Positions 56,108 through 64,000 of a DNA stretch of 64,000 nucleotides are shown one piece after another; position 1 is the first letter of the stretch; each line of letters begins with the position of its first letter. A program made the position numbers and the translations under genes. Source of the DNA: Candidatus Peribacteria bacterium. Its GTDB lineage: Bacteria; Patescibacteriota; Gracilibacteria; Peribacterales; Peribacteraceae. Below the pieces are notes generated by a model. It saw only the letters and a program-made list of their open reading frames with translations, was not told where the DNA came from and did no database searches. The stretch lies in contig JAQBQQ010000006.1 of NCBI GenBank assembly GCA_028286915.1, forward strand, positions 9,595 to 73,594, written 5' to 3'.

Positions 56108-56767
56108 TTAATCGGAAGGAATCATGTAGCCTTTTCCCGGTACGGTCTGAATCGTATCCTTGCCGATTTTACGCCTGATGTATGCAACGTGCACGTCCAC
56201 TGTCTGCGAAAACATCAGCTCATCGCGTCCGCCCCAGACATGCTCAATAATGCGCGGCCGCTCCTGCACAATGCCCTTATTGCGTATGAGAAATTCCAGC
56301 AACGCATATTCCTTTGGCGACAGATCAATCTTCTTTTTGCCCTTCCAGATTTCCTGGGTGTTCGTATTCAAGACAATAGCTCCTGCCTGCAATTCCGGTG
56401 ATTTTTCGCCATGCCGGCGAAGCAGCGCGCGGACGCGGGCCAATAATTCTTCCAGGTCAAACGGCTTGGTAATATAATCGTCAGCTCCGATATTGAGCCC
56501 GTGCACCACTTCCTGCTGCTTGGTACGGGCGGTTAACATAAGAATAGGCATGTTCTTTTTGTTTTGCCTGAGTAGCGAACAGATAACATAACCGTCCATG
56601 CCGGGTAAATTAATATCCAGTATCAACAAATCCACCTCATGCGTCATGGCCAGCTCAAAACCTTCTTTGCCGTCGTGTGCCACCGTTACGGTGTAATGTT
56701 CCAGCTCCAGAAATTGCCGGACATTGTCGGCCAATTTTTCCTGGTCCTCAATAAGAAGAATATGCAT
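56108..56767 (-). CDS. OmpR family response regulator
   Basis: LIED, LDINLP, LTAR, GADDYI.KPF, VDVHV..IR.K, IQTV.G.GY. Confidence 0.96.
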   Translation of the reverse strand: MHILLIEDQEKLADNVRQFLELEHYTVTVAHDGKEGFELAMTHEVDLLILDINLPGMDGYVICSLLRQNKKNMPILMLTARTKQQEVVHGLNIGADDYITKPFDLEELLARVRALLRRHGEKSPELQAGAIVLNTNTQEIWKGKKKIDLSPKEYALLEFLIRNKGIVQERPRIIEHVWGGRDELMFSQTVDVHVAYIRRKIGKDTIQTVPGKGYMIPSD

Positions 56768-56812
56768 GAAATGCGGGAAACATGATTATGGCAGTATCAT
56801 AACAATAGAACA

Positions 56813-56829
56813 TTAAGGCGACATTAAGG
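56813..56829 (-). promoter_or_regulatory. OmpR-type direct-repeat box (autoregulatory)
   Basis: CCTTAA-N5-CCTTAA, then 11 nt to TATGAT. Confidence 0.75.
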
Positions 56830-56862
56830 AAATAAGGCCGCATTCGTACTCTTAAAATGTTC

Positions 56863-56879
56863 TCTTAACCTTGTCTTAA
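56863..56879 (+). promoter_or_regulatory. OmpR-type direct-repeat box
   Basis: TCTTAA-N5-TCTTAA, then 11 nt to TAAAAT. Confidence 0.78.
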
Positions 56880-56925
56880 TGTCTGGCTGCTAAAATAATG
56901 TTATTATCATATTTCTTAATTTTTA

Positions 56926-57285
56926 ATGAAACAACTCCATTTTCCGTCCTTTAGTCTGGGCATTCTTTCCGGAATTATAATGGTAGGCATTGGTGTCATC
57001 GGCCTGCATGGTGTTCATCCGTCAGCCAATACATCTGCAGCCGGAGCAGGAGGTTCCAATGGCTTTGGTGGCGGCAACGGCAGAAACCTTACGCGGGCAG
57101 CCCAACGCTTTAATATGACGGAAGCGGAATTACAGAAAGAACTGGATAGCGGTAAAACCATGCAGCAGATTACTCAGGAACACGGCGTGACTTTTGGAGG
57201 CAACAGTGGACAAGGCATGCGTTCGAATACCTCGGGCGGAACAACCGCGACAGCCGGCACGCAGTCCGTTTCTCCTGCGCAATAA
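56926..57285 (+). CDS. Membrane-anchored small protein
   Basis: TM, Gly-rich linker, A....MT..EL..EL..GK....I..E.G module. Confidence 0.7.
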   Translation: MKQLHFPSFSLGILSGIIMVGIGVIGLHGVHPSANTSAAGAGGSNGFGGGNGRNLTRAAQRFNMTEAELQKELDSGKTMQQITQEHGVTFGGNSGQGMRSNTSGGTTATAGTQSVSPAQ

Positions 57286-57288
57286 TCC

Positions 57289-59343
57289 ATGCCTGCCGCT
57301 ACGCCATCTGCTTCCACCCACCCTATGTTCGTACGTTTGAAACATTTCTTGCAGGCTATTGTACTAAAGAGCTATATCTTCGGCCTCATTACTTCTCTTG
57401 TAATTGGCGGCGGCTATGTTGGCTTTGCAAAAAGCAGTACCAAAACACAGGCAGCCGGTGAAAGTTTTTCTGCAGTCGAGCGCCAGACCATCACTTCTTC
57501 CGTTAAGGCAACCGGCAAAGTGACTTTTGCGAATGAACAACAATTGCGTTTTAACCAAAAGGGAAAGGTAATGAAAGTACTGTTTAAAGAAGGAGACGCC
57601 GTAAAAAAAGGTCAGCTGATTGCGGAGCTGGATACATCAACTATCCAGGCGGATATCCGTCAGGCTCAGCTTTCGGTATCCGCCAGCGCATTACAGCTGC
57701 AGCAATTGCAAGCAGATAAAGAAAATCAGATTCTCAACAGCCAGAATGCCGTCAGCGATGCAGAGCGTCAGTTTATAGATGCCCAGAACTCTCTGGATGT
57801 TGCCAAAAAAAAATTACCAACGGATATTACCGGTGCCGAACGTGACATGACAGAAAAGCAGGCGGCTCTCAATAAGGCCAATGCGGAACTGGACCAGGCG
57901 CGCATTACCGCTGTGCAGGACCTTGCATCGACCGCCAATGACAGTATGACGTCGGGTGAAAATTTATTGGATACGCTGTATGGCGTGCTGGTGAATGACC
58001 TGAGCGCCAGACGAACGAGCGGCAGCAAAGAAATAGTAATTTATTATCGAAATTATAATGACGCAGTCCAAAAAGACGCAACTGAACGCAGTTACTACGA
58101 GGCGGCAAATACCATAGAAAGTATGCGCAATACGTATGGCAGTACGCTGGCATCGGTACGTGATGCAACAGCTCTGGCTGAAGCTCTGGCCAAGGCCAAT
58201 GCAGTGGCAACGGCCGTTCACACGCTGGCCGACAAAACATATACCTTATTACAGGGGGCAACGGATGATCCGACAATTTTTACGGTAAGTGATATTAACA
58301 AGCTGAAACAGCAGACAGCCACGGCCCGGAGCACGGCGGCCGAACTTATGAAAAGCACGGAAACAGCCCGAACAAGCCTGGTTGGAAACGGAAAAAATTT
58401 GACAAGTCTTATCATCCAGCAAAAGCAGGATGCCGTATCAACAGCCCAACATTCTCTGCTAAGCGCGCAGGAAAACCTGGCTATTTTGCAGACACAAACT
58501 CCGGGAGATCTCCAGAAGCAGGCAGCAGCCGTTGCCAAGATTCAGGATGATTTCCGCGCCAAGCAGGCGGCACTAAATGCAACCGGCAAGACAAGCGACG
58601 TGAATGCAAAATTAAAACAAAATGATATTGCCCAGAAAGCAACATCACTCCAGAAAACACTGAAAACAATTGATGACTATCGTCTTACCGCGCCGTTTGA
58701 CGGCATTATCCGCCGTATGGATTACAAGGTGGGGGATAACCTGCTGGATACAGGCGAAACAAAATATGTTATTATGGAAAACCCTGATTTTCTGATTGTT
58801 ACCGTGCCGCTGGACCAGGTGGATGTAGTGCGCGTACGCAAAAATATGACCGCCAGTATTGTGTTTGACGCACTGCCCGGACAGACATTTACCGGAACCA
58901 TCAATGACATCAATACGACTGCCGCTGAATCATCAGGCGTTGTGTCTTACGACGTTGCCATTACCATGCCGGCTCCCAAAGATCTTACAATATTGTCCGG
59001 CATGACCACTACGGTGACCATCGAAACCACGCATAAAGACAATATACTCGTCGTGCCAAACCTCGCACTCAAGACACAGGGCGGCACAACGACGGTCCGC
59101 AAAGCGACCGGTGAAACAGTCCCTGTTCAAACCGGCGTAACGAACGGCAAAGTGACAGAAATCGTGTCGGGCCTCCGGGAGGGAGACAGTATTGTCTCTG
59201 CAAATATCTCCGTGAGTACCTCCTCGCAGGGCGCAAACTCAAACGCCGCTCAACAATTATTGCGCAGTACGGGCGGTTTTGGCGGGGGAGCCGGAGTGGC
59301 AGGAGCAGGAGGAAATTTTCGTTCCACTACCCGGGGCAACTAA
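57289..59343 (+). CDS. MacA-like periplasmic adaptor (MFP) with long coiled coil
   Basis: ATG.V, G.V..V...EGD.VKKGQ, APFDG, V.Y.V.I, GMT, G...TEI.SGL..GD. Confidence 0.9.
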   Translation: MPAATPSASTHPMFVRLKHFLQAIVLKSYIFGLITSLVIGGGYVGFAKSSTKTQAAGESFSAVERQTITSSVKATGKVTFANEQQLRFNQKGKVMKVLFKEGDAVKKGQLIAELDTSTIQADIRQAQLSVSASALQLQQLQADKENQILNSQNAVSDAERQFIDAQNSLDVAKKKLPTDITGAERDMTEKQAALNKANAELDQARITAVQDLASTANDSMTSGENLLDTLYGVLVNDLSARRTSGSKEIVIYYRNYNDAVQKDATERSYYEAANTIESMRNTYGSTLASVRDATALAEALAKANAVATAVHTLADKTYTLLQGATDDPTIFTVSDINKLKQQTATARSTAAELMKSTETARTSLVGNGKNLTSLIIQQKQDAVSTAQHSLLSAQENLAILQTQTPGDLQKQAAAVAKIQDDFRAKQAALNATGKTSDVNAKLKQNDIAQKATSLQKTLKTIDDYRLTAPFDGIIRRMDYKVGDNLLDTGETKYVIMENPDFLIVTVPLDQVDVVRVRKNMTASIVFDALPGQTFTGTINDINTTAAESSGVVSYDVAITMPAPKDLTILSGMTTTVTIETTHKDNILVVPNLALKTQGGTTTVRKATGETVPVQTGVTNGKVTEIVSGLREGDSIVSANISVSTSSQGANSNAAQQLLRSTGGFGGGAGVAGAGGNFRSTTRGN

Positions 59344-60014
59344 TGATCGAACTTCGACACATCATTAAATCCTACCCGCTCGGCAAAGAATTGCTCACCG
59401 TGGTAAAAGGCGTGTCGCTCACCATTGAAGCCGGAGAGTTTGTCGCCATTATGGGGCCATCGGGTTCGGGCAAATCCACACTCATGAATATTATCGGTCT
59501 GCTGGATACGCCAAGTGACGGGTCATATCTTTTGGAAGGCAAAGAAGTGGGAAGCTTACTGGAAAATGAACAGGCCGATGTTCGCAGCCGCAGAATAGGT
59601 TTTGTCTTCCAGTCGTTTAACCTTTTGCCCCGCATGAGCGCCGTCCGGCAGGTTATGCAACCGCTCCTGTACCAAGGCACGCATCGCATACAGGCAGAGG
59701 AACGGTCTGTATCAGCATTACAATCGGTTGGACTCGGCGAACGCATGAATCATAAGCCCAATGAGCTTTCCGGTGGACAACAACAGCGGGTAGCCATTGC
59801 CCGCGCACTGGTGACAAATCCGGCACTCATTCTGGCCGATGAACCGACCGGCGCTCTGGATTCCAGGACCGGACAAGAAGTTATGGCTATTCTGACAGAA
59901 CTCAATCGGTTGGGGAAAACCATTGTCATGGTCACACACGAGCCAAAAGTAGCGGTATTTGCACACCGAACCATTCATATCCAGGACGGCTTGATTCAAA
60001 CAATATCTTCATGA
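59343..60014 (+). CDS. ABC transporter ATP-binding protein (MacB/LolD type)
   Basis: GPSGSGKST, IGFVFQ.FNL, LSGGQQQRVAIARAL, DEPTGALD. Confidence 0.96.
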   Translation: MIELRHIIKSYPLGKELLTVVKGVSLTIEAGEFVAIMGPSGSGKSTLMNIIGLLDTPSDGSYLLEGKEVGSLLENEQADVRSRRIGFVFQSFNLLPRMSAVRQVMQPLLYQGTHRIQAEERSVSALQSVGLGERMNHKPNELSGGQQQRVAIARALVTNPALILADEPTGALDSRTGQEVMAILTELNRLGKTIVMVTHEPKVAVFAHRTIHIQDGLIQTISS

Positions 60015-60125
60015 TTATTCAAATTTTCCCTGCCGGTACATCGGTACAACTGCATACACATCGGCCAGGCAGAATCGTACGCCCGATACCTCACCCGCCT
60101 CACCGGTATCTTAACGCGAAGCCGC

Positions 60126-61349
60126 ATGAACTTTTTTGAAAACATCCGAAACGCATTGGGTGCCATCAATAGCAATAAAATGCGGTCGGCCCTCACCATG
60201 CTCGGCATTATTATCGGTGTTGCATCGGTCGTATTACTTACGGCCATCGGGCAAGGCGCGCAAGCCAGTATTACATCGCAAATCCAGAATCTGGGTACCA
60301 ATCTGCTTACCGTTTCGCCGGGAAGCCCGACTCAGACGAATGTACGTTTTGGCGGCGGAGGCGGTGCCTCCACAACGCTAAAAGCCGATGATGCTGAAGC
60401 AATCCGGAGCCAGGTAACGGGGCTACAGGGCCTGGAACCGGAGCAGAGCGGACGGCAACAAGTGATCCAGGGCAGCCAGAATGCCAATACTACTGTTATC
60501 GGTACCATGCCAGACTATCTTACCGTTCGCAATGCAACCGTTGCCAATGGTACATTTATCACGCAGACAAATATTGATAATAAAGACAAAGTAGCAGTGC
60601 TGGGACCACAGACCATAGCCACTCTGTTTCCCGATGATCCGAACCCGCTGGGAAAGGACATTCGCATAGGCAACAATATTTTTACTGTTATCGGTATTCT
60701 GACAGCCAAAGGAGGACAGGGACCAACGAACCAGGATGACCGCATTCTCATACCGCTCACCACCATGCAGCAGCGGGTGACCGGCCAGAACACACTTAAT
60801 TCTATCAGCGTTTCCGTACAAGATCAGAAAGATATGCCAAAAGTGCAGGCGCTTATGACCGCCGTACTGCTTAATGCCCATAACATCACCGACATCAACA
60901 AGCAGGATTTTACAGTTCTGAATCAGGCTGATGCCGTATCTACGCTCAACAGCGTTACCGGCACTTTTACCTTATTGCTCGGAGGAATTGCTGCCATTTC
61001 ACTGCTCGTCGGCGGCATCGGCGTTATGAATATCATGCTGGTATCGGTTACGGAGCGCACACGCGAAATCGGCATACGCAAAGCCATCGGCGCCAAGAAG
61101 CGCGATATTATGCTGCAATTTTTAGTGGAAGCAGTGGTGCTCAGCGTTCTGGGTGGTGCCATCGGTATTCTTTTGAGTCTCATCGGATCCTGGATAATAA
61201 CAGTGTATTTCAGTTTTACGGCAATTATTGCAGTGTCATCCATTCTGCTTGCCTTTCTGTTTTCCGTCGGCGTCGGCATATTCTTCGGCTTATTACCGGC
61301 GTACCAAGCTGCAAAATTGCGACCCATTGAGGCACTGCGATACGAATAA
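60126..61349 (+). CDS. MacB-type ABC permease
   Basis: RS.LTMLGIIIGV, ISLLVGGIGVMNIMLVSVTERTREIGIRKAIGA, PIEALRYE. Confidence 0.96.
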   Translation: MNFFENIRNALGAINSNKMRSALTMLGIIIGVASVVLLTAIGQGAQASITSQIQNLGTNLLTVSPGSPTQTNVRFGGGGGASTTLKADDAEAIRSQVTGLQGLEPEQSGRQQVIQGSQNANTTVIGTMPDYLTVRNATVANGTFITQTNIDNKDKVAVLGPQTIATLFPDDPNPLGKDIRIGNNIFTVIGILTAKGGQGPTNQDDRILIPLTTMQQRVTGQNTLNSISVSVQDQKDMPKVQALMTAVLLNAHNITDINKQDFTVLNQADAVSTLNSVTGTFTLLLGGIAAISLLVGGIGVMNIMLVSVTERTREIGIRKAIGAKKRDIMLQFLVEAVVLSVLGGAIGILLSLIGSWIITVYFSFTAIIAVSSILLAFLFSVGVGIFFGLLPAYQAAKLRPIEALRYE

Positions 61350-61404
61350 AAATAGTAGTATAAAATCTGATCCATCTGGTACTACGGCGATCTAAAAAAC
61401 GTAT

Positions 61405-61421
61405 TCTTAATGTTTTCTTAA
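61405..61421 (+). promoter_or_regulatory. OmpR-type direct-repeat box
   Basis: TCTTAA-N5-TCTTAA, then 12 nt to TAAAGT (extended TGn). Confidence 0.7.
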
Positions 61422-61472
61422 TCTCATATTTGTTAAAGTAACATTTCATCATTTATTTTCCCTCCTTTTTTC

Positions 61473-61976
61473 ATGAAGAAAGTCCTTCTCGTACCCGGAA
61501 TTACCGCATTACTACTTCTTAGCGCCTGCGGCTCAAACACGGCGAATATTATAGACAACGGAACCAGCTCCTCATCTGTTGGTACGACTGATACAACGGG
61601 TACCGCCTCTTCCATTGACTCTTCTTCCTCCGCCGATACCGGCACAGTGGGCAGTGGTACAGCGTCTTCAACAAATACAAGTGTTACTGCCACCGATACA
61701 CGCGTCATAGACATGACGGTAACGGACTGGGCCTTCAGCCCGACTGCTATTACTGTTAAAAAAGGAGAGAAAGTAGTTGTTCGCTTAACAGGCATAGAAG
61801 GAGATCACAGTATGTTCAGCCAGGATCTTGGCATTAATACGCCGGTCAATGCAGGCGAAACGGTAGATATTACTATTCCTACGGATAAGGCCGGCACATT
61901 CGCATTCAAGTGCGGCATTCCATGCGGACCTGGCCACAAAACCATGGTCGGTCAGATTATTGTGACGGAAGCATAA
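61473..61976 (+). CDS. Cupredoxin-domain lipoprotein with CuA-like motif
   Basis: Lipobox LSAC; W.F.P..I.V..G, H, CGIPCGPGH..M. Confidence 0.85.
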   Translation: MKKVLLVPGITALLLLSACGSNTANIIDNGTSSSSVGTTDTTGTASSIDSSSSADTGTVGSGTASSTNTSVTATDTRVIDMTVTDWAFSPTAITVKKGEKVVVRLTGIEGDHSMFSQDLGINTPVNAGETVDITIPTDKAGTFAFKCGIPCGPGHKTMVGQIIVTEA

Positions 61977-62003
61977 TAAGTAAGAACGAGTGATCATAAA
62001 AAG

Positions 62004-62030
62004 AAAAGCCTCTCTCCGGAGAGGTTTTTT
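62004..62030. terminator. Bidirectional terminator
   Basis: AAAAGCCTCTC-TCCG-GAGAGGTTTTTT. Confidence 0.8.
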
Positions 62031-62046
62031 ATGGAAAGCCTGAATT

Positions 62047-62562
62047 TTATTTCAAAAATTTAAATGAGTTCAGAAAGCGATCATCATTGTCATTTTCGCT
62101 TACATTACCGGATACTGTAATTTGATAAATCCGGCTGCCATCAGCCACTAAAAACCCGCGCGATGACTTGGTGGGAGACAGCTGCAACACAAAGCGCACT
62201 GCCGGCTTGTTACTGAAAGTAGTGGTAACTTTACGATCAATAATACTGCCGCTATATGTACTCTTAAGACCGTCCAACGCATTGGTGAGCTGGGACTCGG
62301 GAATAAGTGCGCTGGTTGGCGACGGCAAATCCGTTACCGTCACGCCGTACGCAAGACCCGTTGGCGTGGAGCTTGTAAAAATATGGATGGGAATCATTTT
62401 CCCGCTGCCGCTATCCGGTACGGCTATGGAATTTTCGGTGGGAACCGTCGGCACCTGTATGGAAAAACCGTAATCATTTGAGCGGAATTCCTGCCAGGGG
62501 CCGGCACTCGAGCAGGCGACAAGCGCCATACCGAGAAAGAGAGAGAGAAAAGAGGTGCGCAT
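62047..62562 (-). CDS. Hypothetical lipoprotein (PsbP/DcrB-like fold possible)
   Basis: Lipobox LVAC; W..F.S...GFSI..P, FL.SF.F end. Confidence 0.7.
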   Translation of the reverse strand: MRTSFLSLFLGMALVACSSAGPWQEFRSNDYGFSIQVPTVPTENSIAVPDSGSGKMIPIHIFTSSTPTGLAYGVTVTDLPSPTSALIPESQLTNALDGLKSTYSGSIIDRKVTTTFSNKPAVRFVLQLSPTKSSRGFLVADGSRIYQITVSGNVSENDNDDRFLNSFKFLK

Positions 62563-62711
62563 ACGATTGATGGAATAATGACGCATTGGCACGAACATTA
62601 TGACAACATACCGACTCAATCAGCCAATAAGCGCTTTACATCCGCTTGCCTGTCATTCCCGGTATTTTTTTGCAAGATTGAAATATCCCCGGGCACGCAT
62701 AGATACAGGAA

Positions 62712-63107
62712 CTATGCCTTCTCTTCCAGTACCGAAAGAATATTTCCGGCCGGGTCCGTAAACCATGCAATAGACGGACCGTATTCACCGCCCCGGGAAA
62801 TTCCTTTTTCATCGGTCCTTGTCCATTGTGTGTCATACTGCAGAAATTGCACGCCGCGTTTTGTGAGCGCATCAACTGCAGCGTCCACATTTTCCACCGC
62901 AAAATTCAGAACCGTGAATGTGGCAGGGGAATGGCCTTCGCCTTTGGCATACACCATTACTTCACCGCCCGTTGGCAGATGCAGCTTTAGGATATCCATT
63001 TTATTAACTTCTGATACCTCCAGACCCAATATTTTCCCATAAAATTCCTTTGCCTTCGCAATATCATTAACCGAGAAACTGCTGAATACTTTTGTATATG
63101 GGAACAT
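62712..63107 (-). CDS. VOC (glyoxalase/bleomycin resistance) protein
   Basis: SFSV.D...AK.FY...LGL, LNF.V..VD, AWF.DPAGNIL. Confidence 0.9.
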   Translation of the reverse strand: MFPYTKVFSSFSVNDIAKAKEFYGKILGLEVSEVNKMDILKLHLPTGGEVMVYAKGEGHSPATFTVLNFAVENVDAAVDALTKRGVQFLQYDTQWTRTDEKGISRGGEYGPSIAWFTDPAGNILSVLEEKA

Positions 63108-63288
63108 ACAATGATGGTGAAAATAAAGTATAAGTCTACCGGACAGCCAGGCAGGAAATCCAATACTTGGGCTATAAAATAACCAGTGAACCTGAACTGG
63201 CAGAGAATATGTCTGCAAGCCAATAGAAAAATTATACATCCTGTGCCCGATTGTTGATTACATGGCAAAAATATTGTAGTTTGTAACT

Positions 63289-64000
63289 ATGGATAAAGAA
63301 TTACGAGATACGAACAGAAAGTATCATGCAGAATCAGCTGAAATTGATGCGGAAACTTTGGATCGACGGCGGTTTATTTTGAGCCTATCAGGATCTTTTG
63401 CCGCATTGATTGCACAAGGATGTGGAAGCCGCACGAAATCAGAAGTTGAAACGAAAACAGTTCTTTCTACCGATGATATTATTAAAAATATCCCTGATGA
63501 ATTCAATGGCGCGAAAATAGAGAAACACAGTGTGGAAGGAGCAACGGCAGTCATCATTCATGTCGCAGATTTGCACAATGATCCGGCCGCTGCAGATCCG
63601 CAAAAAATAAGAAACGCTTCGGATCTTGTCCAAGCGGAAAACGTTGCAATTCTCGAAATGCTTATGGATAATTGTAAGACAAATGTCGTTTTTAAAGAAG
63701 TGGTTACCAAAGATAATAAGTTTATTCTTAGAAAGAGAATTGCAGAAATTCAGGCCCTGCATCAGGCGGTTGAAACATGCACTGATGCAACGCAAAAGGA
63801 AAAACTTGGAGGGAAATTTATGGAAGACATAGATGAATTAAAATATGCCTTGGGTGCAGCCGGCTTTTTAGCTTTCCAGGGAAAAGCTCAGCTCGAAGCG
63901 GCGGAGACGACAGAAGGCAATTCTTTGACAAAAGAAGAACAATTGGATCCGGCAAAAAAATTCGATAGACGCGAAAATATCGCCATTAATCTCGCTCTCT
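63289..64000 (+). CDS. Partial hypothetical lipoprotein with twin-arginine-like signal (runs off window)
   Basis: Open frame MDKELR...LDRRRFILSLSGSFAALIAQGCGS...; no stop seen. Confidence 0.65.
   Translation, partial: MDKELRDTNRKYHAESAEIDAETLDRRRFILSLSGSFAALIAQGCGSRTKSEVETKTVLSTDDIIKNIPDEFNGAKIEKHSVEGATAVIIHVADLHNDPAAADPQKIRNASDLVQAENVAILEMLMDNCKTNVVFKEVVTKDNKFILRKRIAEIQALHQAVETCTDATQKEKLGGKFMEDIDELKYALGAAGFLAFQGKAQLEAAETTEGNSLTKEEQLDPAKKFDRRENIAINLAL

Noticed and set aside
133-63832. Numerous antisense or overlapping ORFs in the track (e.g. 133-474, 5064-5510, 30563-31189, 33519-34052, 63439-63795)
   Set aside because: They are shadows of well-supported genes on the other strand or frame, with no motifs of their own.

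Overview
A 64-kb chromosomal segment from a reduced-genome bacterium. It is most likely CPR/Patescibacteria (Peribacteria/Peregrinibacteria-like), inferred from SLH proteins, Gmad2/GerMN proteins, a kinase-only RibF, pyrimidine-rich non-SD gene starts and standard code 11 with TGA stops. Housekeeping genes include groES/groEL with a CIRCE operator, tsaD, lgt, rnhB, murE, rsmH, pyrH, frr, priA, and the pentose-phosphate genes tkt, tal and gndA plus a ROK kinase. There are four tRNAs (Leu-CAG, Ser-TGA, Ser-GCT, Arg-TCT), many surface or secreted proteins (GH113, SLH, PKD, Kazal, DUF11, pilin), a PadR-PspC operon, and an OmpR/histidine kinase system beside a MacAB-type exporter. I found no CRISPR array, integrase, transposase or prophage. 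The most notable unannotated signals are: (1) a family of REP-like hairpins with covarying stems, located at tRNA ends and inside groESL, with one copy nested in another and one splitting a duplicated tRNA fragment; (2) a four-promoter regulon defined by a YCTTAA-N5-YCTTAA box 11-12 nt from the -10; (3) several microproteins missed by the ORF track, two with type I toxin-like sequestered-SD leaders and one with an NCR-like 4-Cys motif; (4) many apparently leaderless gene starts; (5) empty inverted-heptamer repeat sites. All family assignments come from motif recognition by eye, not from database searches.
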